Origin: Botryllus schlosseri
Taxonomy: Eukaryota
NCBI GenBank assembly: GCA_051294905.1
Contig: CM119371.1
Coordinates: forward strand, 24,430,001-24,494,000
DNA length: 64,000 nucleotides
Direction of reading: 5' to 3'
The notes beneath the pieces are model-generated. The model was not told the origin of the DNA, did no database searches, and worked only from the letters and a program-made list of their open reading frames with translations. A program made the translations under genes and the position numbers. Shown here piece after piece: positions 52,949 to 63,698 of the stretch (within the stretch, counting starts at the first letter, position 1; each line of letters opens with the position of its first letter).

Positions 52949-55559
52949 GACTGATCCCAGTCAACAGAATTATAAATGTAATACACGGTCCGAATCACTC
53001 AAATCATCATCCACATAGGCAAAGTGAGATTGTACAAGGCAAAGTCAGATTGTACAATGACCAACATACAAAGAACTGCTGAACCTCCGATCCAAAATAC
53101 ATTCTATAGATATCACCCTAAATAGTAGAAAGGCGTTCACCAGCTCTACAAGCGATGAGAATGAATCACTTTTTAAATGGTAGGGTGGCGTTCGACATCT
53201 CTACAGGCGAGAAGAATAAATCATTTGGAATAAATATGGAAGCAGTCAGCAACTCTACACAAGCGATGATAATAGATCACTTTGAATTGGTAACGAGGCG
53301 TTCAGCATGTCTACAAGCGACGAGAATATATCACTATGAATGAACGCAGACAATCGAACGCGACTCAACTTGGACAGTTTCACTTAGGCGCGTGATGATG
53401 ACTCTCGATGTCGGATGAATCGTATCACACTCTGGAAAATTCGTCACCTTCAGAGAAGTCGAAATAATCTTAGAGGCGTCCCCGCAACGTGCAATAGCTC
53501 GAAATGAATATTCCGGAATCATAACAACATTTCTGGCATCGAAAGGTAGAAATTCTTCAAATAGCCGAATTCTCCTTTCGATGCGAGGTGCCGGACACAC
53601 ATCTTCTCGACCATCTGCTGCCTTGAATACCAATCCGCTTCATCGTCAGGTTCAGTTCTCAATCATCTCCGAGAGGCCGTTTCAATCTTCCGCATCCAAC
53701 GTTTGTGCATTTCTGTCGGCAACTGTGACTCAAGCACCCGAGTGAATATGGTCCCTGGTGATATCATCTGCAGAGAGAAGAATATACTCTCCACGCAGTT
53801 GCGCTGCCATCTTTGCAATGCTCATGAATGTGGCAGCCATGCAATTGATTCGACTTTCAGACAAACGGAGAATGCTGTAGACAAGATCAACGCGTTGTCG
53901 GAATCCGGAAACTGAACTGACGGAATGAAACTGAGCTCCTGATTGGCGAGACAGTGAACATAGACTGTGGAAACATCGCAATCGTCCGCTTCGTCCAAGA
54001 GGAAAACGACCTCTTCAATGTAGAGAACATTCGACGGCAATCTTCCATCAGCGAATTGATTGTAGATTGCAAATTAATTGTAAATTGTTTCTGCGCGGCA
54101 GTTTGAATCTTGCGCTGCCGATTATAGGCGCAGAAGGCTGTCTATGGGGTTATCTACGGATGCTAATCGTTGTAATTCATACACGTGATCCATGACTTTA
54201 ATAACACAATAGCTTGCGCAACTTGATGATAGCTGACACTCAGCACAGCAACAGCAACATACGGCCGACGAACGTAACAGAATTAAGATTAACGTAAGCA
54301 AGGAGCCAAAGTAAGTTAAGTAAGATTTACAATTAATTTTGCGTCAACGTGAATAACCAATGAATGGTGGCTCGCAGACGCTTTATATAGCGGTAAGAAC
54401 AGCCTATCTGAAAAGGCTTGATTACAAATGATTACTAAAATCAGGATTAACAAATGAAATGCGCAAGCGCGAACACTCCCCCATTTGACTGATCCCAGTC
54501 AACAGAATTGTCAATGTAATACACGTTCCGAATCACTCGAATCATCATCCACATTAGGCAAAGTGAGACTGTACAAGGCAAAGTCAGATTGTACAATGAC
54601 CAACATACAAAGAGCTGATGAACCTCCGATCCAAAATACATTCTATATATATCACCTTAAATAGTAGAAAGGCGTTCACCAGCTCTACAAGCGATGAGAA
54701 TGAATCACTTTTTAAATGGTAGGGTGGCGTTCGACATCTCTACAGGCGAGAAGAATAAATTATTTGGAATAAATATGGAAGCAGTCAGCAACTCTACACA
54801 AGCGATGATAATAGATCACTTTGAATTGGTAACGAGGCGTTCAGCATGTCTACAAGCGATGAGAATAAATCACTATGAATGAACGGATTGAACGCAGACA
54901 ATCGAACGCGACTCAACCCTGACACTATGGACAGTCTCACTTAGGCGCGTGATGATGACTGTCGATGTCGGATGAATCGTATCACAATCTCGAAAATTCG
55001 TCACCAACGGAGAAGTCGAAATAATCTTGGAGGCGTCCTCGCAACGTGCAACAGCTCGAAATGAATATTCCGGAATCATAACAATATTTCCGGCATTGCT
55101 CGGTAGAAGTTCTTCAAATAGCCGAATTCTCCTTTCGATGCGAGGTGCCTGACACAAATCTAACAGATGATGTGCGTCAATACCATAAGGGAACGGTAGC
55201 GAGGGCGAAACTGAAAGGACTGCGCAGAGGAATGAATGTCTGTGCAGATAAATTGCTCCGTCTTGACCCTCTGCTGCCTTGAATGCCAATCCGCTCGATC
55301 ATCTTCAAGAGGTTGTTTCAATCTTCCGCATCCCATGTTTGTGCATTTCTGTCGGCAACTGTGACTCAAGCACCCGAGTGAATACGGTCCCTGGTGATAT
55401 CATCTGGAGAGAGAAGAATATACTCTCCATGCAGTTGCGCTGCCATCTTTGCAATGATCCTGAATGTGGAAGCCATGCAATCGATGCGACTTTCAGACAA
55501 ACGGAGAATGCTGTAGACAAGATCAACGCGTTGTCGGAATATGGACTGAACTGACGGAA

Positions 55560-55602
55560 CCATTTGTTTGTTATTTACGTTGACGCAAAATTAATTGTAA
55601 AT
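55560..55602 (-). promoter_or_regulatory. Putative self-complementary primer-binding site
   Basis: Abuts the CA end of the 5' LTR. It is 42/43 complementary to LTR positions 55834-55876. There is no TGG-starting tRNA PBS. Confidence 0.7.
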
Positions 55603-56209
55603 TGTTTCTGCGCGGCAGTCTGAATCCTGCGCTGCCGATTAGAGGCGCAGAAGCCTGTCTATGAGGTTATCTACGGATGCTAATCGTTGTAATTCATACA
55701 CGTGATCCATGACTTTAATAACACAATAGCACGCCCAACTTGATGATGATAGCTGACACATAGCACAGCAACAGCAACAGCAACATACAGCCGGCGAACG
55801 TAACAGAATCAAGATAAACGTAACTAAAGTAAGATTTACAATTAATTTTGCGTCAACGTAAATAACCAACAAATGGTGGTTCGCAGATGCTTTATATAGC
55901 GGTAAGAACAGCCTATCTGAAAAGGCTTGATTACAAATGATTACTAAAATCAGGATTAACAAATGAATTGCGCAAGCGCAAACATGTACACTACATGCGT
56001 GTTAACGCTGTAATAGCAACGGTGAACAGCCGATTTAATAAGCTTTTCAAATCGGCTAAACACATTACCTAGCCAAGGTAGGTGTAAAAATGCCGGGCAT
56101 TTTTCTGGGCCATATTTTGGAGCTGTATCCGATTTTTTCAATACCCTAGAGATGGAGCATTTTAATATGTGGTCCGGATAGCCATTTTTGGAGAGAATCA
56201 AGTGGATAT

Positions 56210-56671
56210 CATGTAGTGTACACGACGAAACCCTTGTTACCCAACTCTCGAAAAGATGTACTTCCTGCCTTTGATGCAAGTAATGTTGTTTACCAATACA
56301 AGTGCCACTGTGATAGTAGGTATGTAGGACGTACATCTCAAAGATTGTTTGAGCGCATTAAGCAGCATATCCCAAAATTGATTCGGTCAAAAACATGCGC
56401 AAATGATCGCACGGAGCTCGCCTGTCAGTGCAAATTGGCTGGAAAAACAGACTGCTATGATGATTACCAAGCATATGCTTCGTCAATCGGTCAGCATCTG
56501 AGCGAAAACCTTGCCTGTGCACAGCACTATGATGACAATGTGTTCACTGTCATTGCGCGTGGTAGGTCTGTGTTTCATTTAAAAGTGTTGGAGTCTACTA
56601 TTATTCAGTTGAGCAAACCTATTTTATGCAGACAGAAAAATTTCCTCTATAACCTACAAATTTCTCATTAG
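56210..56671 (+). pseudogene. Penelope-like GIY-YIG endonuclease remnant, right arm
   Basis: 151-aa ORF nearly identical to the left arm, followed by 3' UTR, hammerhead motif and AATAAA. Confidence 0.85.
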
Positions 56672-56857
56672 TGCGTGTTGTTTCGTTTGTGTAATTGTTT
56701 ATTTACAAATTGTGCTGCTACTATAGTACCGTATGTCCGTATACTTCGTAGTTTGTTATTGTTGCCATTGATATGGTCTGTGATTTTGAGTGTTGCGTCA
56801 TACTGTGCCTTTTTGGTTTTGCTTTTAAATCTGTTTAAATCCCTTCAGTGTGCCGAT

Positions 56858-56894
56858 AACTCTTGAAAAGAGGCACCCGAAAAGTCTTCGAGTT
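56858..56894 (+). ncRNA. Minimal type I hammerhead ribozyme motif (U3-A8 core variant)
   Basis: AACTC-TTGAAAA-GAGGCACCC-GAAA-AGTCT-TC-GAGTT: stem I, core, short stem II, GAAA, vestigial stem III, UC site, stem I'. It lies in the PLE 3' UTR just before AATAAA (56896). Confidence 0.7.
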
Positions 56895-58032
56895 TAATAA
56901 ATATACTGCTACAATGGATGTTGTATTGAAAGCTATATTCAAGTTCTGTACCACGTACAAGCTATTAAAGTTAATGAATGAATTCTGGCAATAATAATGT
57001 TGCATATATTGTGGGTCACCTCTGTATACCGCTGCCCGCTGGGCTCAATTGACCAGATCTGTGTACCGCAGGGCTTAATTGACCAAGACACGAATAATCG
57101 AAGATTTCAGTGAACATGTGTCTATCATTTTGCGCAAAGGTTTCATCAACGACTATTTTTCAGCGAGTGCAGGCGCGAAGTCGCATGTGGGACAGCAAGT
57201 TCTTACATAATTGCGAATATAGTTGAGCTCAATTCCGTAGATTGGGCGCATATTTAATTTTCATGAGAGGGAAACAATACTATAAAAGCTAGAAATCGAG
57301 TGACAATATATCGCGCGAAGAGCTAAGAAAAATATCAAGTCAAATAAATATGCGACAAAATATTCTACTTTATGTTCATATACGAAAATGTGGATGGCCC
57401 CTGGCTACGCCAATGCGTCGGAACTGATATTTTCGTCATCAACATCTTAAAGTTTGCGGGCAGGACAGTAGTGTAATGATCCGTTTTTGGTAAGCACCAA
57501 TCAGAGAACGCCACGTCATCCTAATTGCCACGCCTATATGCCGCCCATTGTCACGCCTACAGGATGCCCATTGCCACGTCACCTGCCACTGCCACATCGT
57601 GTGTATTTATGAGCAAATTTCATTGTTTTGTGAATTTCAATACCGGTTTTCCATGTATATTTAGCAATATGTATTGAATAACTTGAAATGTATCATCACT
57701 AATTAATTAATATAAAATGCGATTTTAAGCGCTGCGACTTGAAAATATTAATATAATAACTTACTTTTTTGGATATAAATAACATTCAGATTACACATAA
57801 ATTTCGAAAACTATGATGTCAATAGAATACTATATTTGCCAGATATTCACAGATAACACTCATCAACGTTGAACTAGGCGCGGGGTTCTATGATGATATA
57901 TCAAAATTCTACACATCGTCACTAATTTATTAATTCATATAAAATGCGATTTTGAGCGCAGACAGATCGCGGTTTCGATTGCCGAGGTCTCCGCATTTCA
58001 TGACCTAATATGAACGCACACTACAACTGAAT

Positions 58033-58685
58033 TCATTCCAATACCTGCAAATTTACTTTGCATGTCGAGTATAAGGATAATTTAATCAGCGCTAAACGCC
58101 AACGGACTAGCCGTAGGCGCACAATTCTCGGCGTTACAATTAAACAAACTTTTCGCGGCAGGTACGCGATTCCTAACGGTTTCTACAGTTTCCACATTTT
58201 ACGACTTATTTTCTTTGGACGCATACAAGCGATTCCCAAGGTCGAGGCTATGGAAACAAATCAAGCATGAGTACGTAAATCTTAAGCTTAGATCTACGAG
58301 ATTCTTGTATGCAACTAACATTATAGACAACCATTCGACAATATTCAACCAGCAATAATGCTTTCGATAAAGTGCATCATGTACAGCGACACGCCGATCA
58401 ATTCAAATTCAACAATGGGATCCCCCGCACAATTATGAAGCCCGATTTGCGTTGAATATTAACGATACCAACAAATCGGAAGATCTCTTTTCCCTCTACA
58501 TCTATGATAGAGGTACCATTCCATTGACCACGAATAACTTGAGATTCTGTGGGATCGAAATCGCAATCAAATAATATGAGAGTATCTTTTCCAGCTTTCA
58601 GAACTTGGACAATCGTGTCAGGACTATATCGCAACACCGCAGTATGTGTGCGTACAAAACGATACACAGTTATTTTTAGCGCCAT
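58033..58685 (-). pseudogene. Possible decayed LRR exons related to the 61.6-63.9 kb gene
   Basis: TLILFDCDFDPTESQVI resembles TLIMKGCDLTPEEIRAF. FHSLDLGN...RKVCLIVTPRI...LYSTCKV (one stop, one frameshift) resembles the terminal exon LKAIDLGD...RKVKLVLPRL...LFSPCKE. Confidence 0.35.
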
Positions 58686-59059
58686 CCGTACGACTTATGT
58701 TCAACTTGCAGTGCAACTGATGATTTAAAGACGGTAATATCTTTTTCGAGTGTGACAATGGCACTCGTAAAGGTTATACAAACATTACCTTAAACTACTA
58801 TTTACTTCATTGCAGAATTGATCGAAGTTACGATTGCAGCTGAAAAGAGTAAAGAGGTGGAAGCTAGTGATGATGACCTAACAATTACTGCTTGGGGCTG
58901 TCTATCCTTATTAAGGTACTTGGTAAGAACGTGGTAAAGCCATTAAACAGCAATTTTACACTCGCGGTTTTATTGTTATATATTAAAATTATACGTACAT
59001 TTCGCGCGATCAACTACGCATGATTTTATGTGAATTTCACCGATAGTGTCCGAGTTCTA

Positions 59060-59460
59060 TGTGACATAAGTACAATTTCAGCATCGGTATTTGCAATAAA
59101 GCCTAAAAATTAGAGTTGCACCTTTTCGCGATTTATGCAGCTATTCGCGCAGATTTGCCGCATTTGCTATATCTGAAGTAGAATTTCAGCGTCGTTATTC
59201 ACTATAAGCCGAGAAATGCACCTTCGCGCAATTTATATAGACAGACGCATTAACTTTGCTGCATCTGAAGTAGAATTTCAGCGTCGTTATTTGTTATAAG
59301 CCGAGAAATGTAAATTCCCGCAATTTTTACAGGCTCACACAGTTTGCTGCGTCTGAAGTAGAATTTCAGCGTCGTTGTTTGCTATAAGCCGGGAAATTAG
59401 AGTCGCTGCTTCGCGCAATTTTTACAGGCAGTCTCACACACTTTGCTGCATCTGAGCTTC
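59060..59460. repeat. ~90-bp degenerate tandem repeat (about 4 copies)
   Basis: TCTGAAGTAGAATTTCAGCGTCGTT...CTATAAGCCGAGAAAT recurs. Confidence 0.8.
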
Positions 59461-59967
59461 ATACTAATACATGCATAATTTTTGCATGACGAGAACACGG
59501 GTAATTAAATCATCAATAAACGCCGGAGGCGAGTCATTTAAACCTTGTTGCTAGATAATACCGCTTTCGGCTACAACAAAGTTGCCCTGCAACAAAAAAA
59601 TAGAAGCCCTAATGATCATGCAGAGAGTTCAAAAATGCTCCACAATTCTTGACATATAATATACTGAGCATATAATAAGCTGACAAAACCTATACTTGAG
59701 TACTCCGAAATTTTCAAGTACTTTACCTTCACACGACGTTTTTGTAAAATGAATACTAATTTTAATGAAAAAAGTAAAAATTATGTACTCAAGTAGGTTG
59801 TTGTCTACACGCACCAACTACTCGAGTGTTTATGACACAGGAATGATTCATTAAGTATAGCGCAAGCAGGCTAAACCTATACTTGAGTACTCTAAAATGT
59901 ACAAGAACTTCGCTATGTACTCCACGTAAAAAGTGACTAGATTTTAGACTACTTTATTGATTTTTGA

Positions 59968-61080
59968 AGTTGCGCAAATACCATAAACTTTGCTTGCTTT
60001 CAGAGCTGGCAACTAAATGCAACACGGAATTTACGCAAAAGTCTCTATTCTGAAAATTTTATCAAGGTAATAGTATAAAAACTTATACTTGAGCACTACG
60101 AAATGTACAAGTACTTTACCTTTACACGACGTTTTTGTAAAATGAATACTAATTTTATTGAAAAAATAAAAAAATAAAAAAGAGCGAAAAATTACATTTT
60201 ATCCCGGAACGCAACAAGAAAAATCGTATGAATTTGTAAACTACTTATTCATGACATAATAATAATTCTACTTGTATACTATTTCATATTTTGTAACAAT
60301 TTTAGTAGTACAAAATTCGGAATATAAACTAATCGAAAAATTCGGTAACCCATTTCGCATAGGCTATGCATACAAATGAGGAAAGTTACATCAACGCGTG
60401 TAAACTAATTGCATTATGTAGCTTGTAATTCATGCAAGTTTCGAAACTTCTACACCGACTCTTTTAAAGTAGATAGAATCGAAAAAACTAATCGAAAATA
60501 TTTACGAAGTTTGGATGCGGCATATTTGGGCTTTTAAAAATTATTCATACTCATGATTCGAAATACTTTTAACTAACTTATGTTTTCGACATAAGATAAG
60601 CGTGAAGTGTACAAATTTCGACGTTGCGCAAATACCACAAACTTTGCTTGCTTTCAGAGCCGGCACTAAATGCAAGACACACTTTACGCAAAACTTGCTA
60701 TTCTGAAAATTTTGACAGGGTAATGGTTTAAAAACTTATGCTTGAGCACTACGAAATGTACAAGTACTTTATCTTTACACGACGTTTTTTGTAAAATAAA
60801 TACTAATTTTATTGAAAAAATAAAAAATAAAAAAGAGCGAAAAATTACATTTTATCCCGGAACGCAACAATAAAAATCGTATGAATTTGTAAACTACTTA
60901 TTCATGACATGATAATAATTCTACTTGTACACTTTTTCCCATTTTATAACACTATAAGTAGTACTTAACAGTTTCAGTTTTAAATAAAATACGGAATATA
61001 AACTAATCGAAAAATTCGGTAACCAATTTCGCGTAGGCTATGCATACAAATGAGGAAAATTACATCAACGCGTGTTAAAC
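59968..61080. repeat. Local direct duplication (~450-bp segments, ~655 bp apart)
   Basis: GTTGCGCAAATACCA...CATCAACGCGTGT occurs at about 59969-60401 and 60623-61075. Confidence 0.8.
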
Positions 61081-61637
61081 TAGTTGTATCGAGATATCGA
61101 ATGATTTTTTCCTTCATCAAAACAACTAGAATGTGTAACTACATTAAAAAACGTATCTAAATGAGCTCCAGCGAAGGATTGCCCCATATGGAAACCTTCT
61201 TTATACTTTTAATTTTTCAAATTTCTACAGCTACGTAAGGAAATTGTTAGGGTTACCCAGAATACATTGCAGGTCAAATTTGATTCGATTACGGGCATTA
61301 TAGCGACAGAGATTTACGATACTGTAAAATGACTTACCTTATGACATCAAATTTAGTCTTCTCTCCAAGTGGAAATATCATGTTCTATAATATTGTCCAT
61401 ACCGAACAAATATAAATTTGCCTGTGCTGTTGCTTTGCAAGAATACTTCGCTCACATAGTAACCAATTTCTGGTGGATTCCGAATCGATATAGACAGAAA
61501 TGCGGAAAGTTACATCGGCATGTCTTAACTTCTACCAATATGTAGGCCTACCTACCTATAATCTTATCAGGCCGTAGCGCTCACGCAAAGCATTATCAAG
61601 TAAAGGAAAATCTCCTAATTCTCATCTAGATACATAT

Positions 61638-61832
61638 TTATTCGGAAAATATCTCTTTACAGGGTGAGAACAGTTGTTTTCTCAGGGTCTTCATATCTTC
61701 CCCACTCAAGCGCGGTAAGACTAGTTTGACTTTGCGGCATTCAGGATTATATCTCACGAAGCTCTGAATGGAATTCACGTATTTCTCATCGATTCTCGTT
61801 CTATCGCTATCACCGAGGTCGATTGCCTTTAG
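61638..61832 (-). CDS. Terminal exon of minus-strand LRR (NLR-like) gene
   Basis: ttaacag|CTA; LKAIDLGDSDRTRIDEKYVNSIQSFVRYNPECRKVKLVLPRLSGEDMKTLRKQLFSPCKEIFSE then TAA. Confidence 0.8.
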   Translation of the reverse strand, partial: LKAIDLGDSDRTRIDEKYVNSIQSFVRYNPECRKVKLVLPRLSGEDMKTLRKQLFSPCKEIFSE

Positions 61833-61929
61833 CTGTTAATTGAATAATAGAAGATTTATATCAATTTAAAAATGCAGAAACGAACTACATCGCTATATCG
61901 AGATCTATGATTGAGCAGAAAGATCTTAC

Positions 61930-62097
61930 CGTATCGCATCGTTTTCCCATCTCTTCGCTCAGATTCCTGATTTGCATGGAAAGCATCTTGCAATTACACA
62001 GATTAAATTCTTCCACACGGGAATTGCACAGGACTTTAGTTACTGTTTTGTAGCAGGATGAAATGCCAGGATTTCTACTTAAATCCAGCGAATGCAG
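61930..62097 (-). CDS. 168-nt LRR exon of minus-strand gene
   Basis: ttttag|CTG...ACG|gtaaga; LHSLDLSRNPGISSCYKTVTKVLCNSRVEEFNLCNCKMLSMQIRNLSEEMGKRCDT. Not in the ORF track. Confidence 0.9.
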
Positions 62098-62627
62098 CTA
62101 AAACATGGTGTGATGTTCAGATAGTTTACGAGACTACAAACGGCTCGAAGGTCGTAATAGATTAGTCATAATATTATTTACCGACGGTTGAGCAATTTTT
62201 TGCGATTTCTACTCCTAATAGCAAAAACTTATTCAACACCGAAGAAGATAATGAAGCTCGTGATCAGAAACACTTTATTGATGATGAAAATTCTATCGAA
62301 CAATGAAATGTCATGCTCCAATATGACTAAAACTCACATAAGCATTACACTGTGATTGAATATTTCAGTTAGAAAACAAAACAGATCTAGTTCAAATGAT
62401 CACCTCATAAATTCCGAGACCATTATTTAACGAGATTAGTGAGTCTTCATCTAATTCGCAAGCTGAAAATCGAACTGTTTTCGTGTAATGCTTTCTTACG
62501 AAGCATCCAATTTCTTTCAAGCCCGCCGGTTCCATATCGGTATTGTAACTCAGATCAAGGCTTTCAACCTATAAATCCACCAATTTATATCAAAATGATC
62601 CACAAAACTATAGAAACGAGCGAGTAC

Positions 62628-62786
62628 CCCGATATCACCAAAACTTTCAAAAGCGCGAATTTCCTCGGGTGTAAGGTCACATCCTTTCATGATAAGAGTA
62701 ACCGCCTTGTCTTTACAAAGTAAGGCAGGCAGCGCGATCATACACTCTTCATCCGGCTGATTGTAACTAATGTCAAGATATTGGAG
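62628..62786 (-). CDS. 159-nt LRR exon of minus-strand gene
   Basis: ttttttag|CTC...GGG|gtactc; LQYLDISYNQPDEECMIALPALLCKDKAVTLIMKGCDLTPEEIRAFESFGDIG. Confidence 0.85.
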
Positions 62787-63001
62787 CTAAAAAATATGGG
62801 AAACTGTAAATTTACGATCAGCAATGATCAGCCATAAAAAATTCAAACTTATAACAGAAAAAAAATGTTGTTTAGTCACTCACGTCATATTATAGGCTAA
62901 ATGTGCTAAGATTAAACTAGAATTTTCCTCATTCATCTCTACACAGCTGCTCATACAGAATGTGATCATTAACAACTGTACCCAGCAATAATCGCGCAGA
63001 C

Positions 63002-63154
63002 CTTAATGTTTTTGAGCTGCATAGCAATGAAATCTGTTGACTGCAAGCGCGAGTTCACAACTGACAAATATGTTAGATCGCTCGAAATAATAGTCCCGAG
63101 TTGCGTGAAGTTAATGTTCTCCCTGTAGCTGAGATCGAGGTTTTTCAATTTCAC
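63002..63154 (-). CDS. 153-nt LRR exon of minus-strand gene
   Basis: ttccgtag|GTG...AAG|gtctgc; VKLKNLDLSYRENINFTQLGTIISSDLTYLSVVNSRLQSTDFIAMQLKNIK. Confidence 0.85.
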
Positions 63155-63235
63155 CTACGGAAATGAGGTATTAGGAAATATCACTTCGAGAGGCTCTATA
63201 CTAGATTAGCGCCTAGCTTTTTCCATCACCAATAC

Positions 63236-63403
63236 CTGATGGTGCTGGATAAGTTTACTCAAAATAATCAGAAAATCTTCGGATCCACCACTTTCTTGCA
63301 GATTGAGCTCTGTCGAAGCACACTGCTTCATCAGCTCGCAGATTAATGGGATGAGTTTTTCAATGTCGTTGTGTGCTGTAACGCTGAGTTTTCTTATTTC
63401 GAC
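63236..63403 (-). CDS. 168-nt LRR exon of minus-strand gene
   Basis: gttcag|GTC...CAG|gtattg; VEIRKLSVTAHNDIEKLIPLICELMKQCASTELNLQESGGSEDFLIILSKLIQHHQ. Confidence 0.85.
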
Positions 63404-63698
63404 CTGAACGAGCGCAAAACTTAACGCATAAAACGCTAAATGATCTATGAACAGCCTAACACTGATCAACTCTGACTATAGTCTATCTAGTAAGGCCATC
63501 GAGACTAATGCCTATACCAGTAGCAAATGAGCATTATTCGCTGCGATACCACCAATTCGCGCCTTAACACATTAGTAATACAGAACAATGCGATAACGAT
63601 AAAGCTGTATCTCGATATTTTACGGATAACATATACTGAAATAGAACGTGAATTTATAATGATCAATGACTACGAGCGGAATGTGCGAAGGCGTATAC

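Larger units (their letters stand above)
52556..55984 (-). mobile_element. Non-autonomous LTR retrotransposon with three LTRs (LTR-internal-LTR-internal-LTR)
   Basis: LTRs at 52556-52937, 54086-54475 and 55603-55984, with TGTTT...AAACA ends (the middle one ends GAACA). 5-bp TSD tgtac (52551-52555, 55985-55989). Minus-strand PPT AAATGGGGGAG abuts two LTRs. TATATAAA and ATTAAA occur on the minus strand of the LTR. Confidence 0.92.
51897..56966. mobile_element. 5'-truncated Penelope-like retroelement in inverted (head-to-head) arrangement, interrupted by an LTR element
   Basis: GIY-YIG-type peptide VVYQYKCHCDSRYVGRTSQRLFERIKQH on both arms. The RT-thumb/linker-like peptide (KNGYP...LPWLG) at 55985-56216 minus continues in register into 52555 minus. 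11-bp TSD aaagttaatga at 51888-51898 and 56967-56977. Confidence 0.88.

Noticed and set aside
55985..56222. Recombinase-type invertible segment bounded by 13-bp inverted repeats (tgtacactacatg/catgtagtgtaca)
   Set aside because: The repeat is simply the overlap of the two inverted Penelope arms plus the LTR element's TSD.
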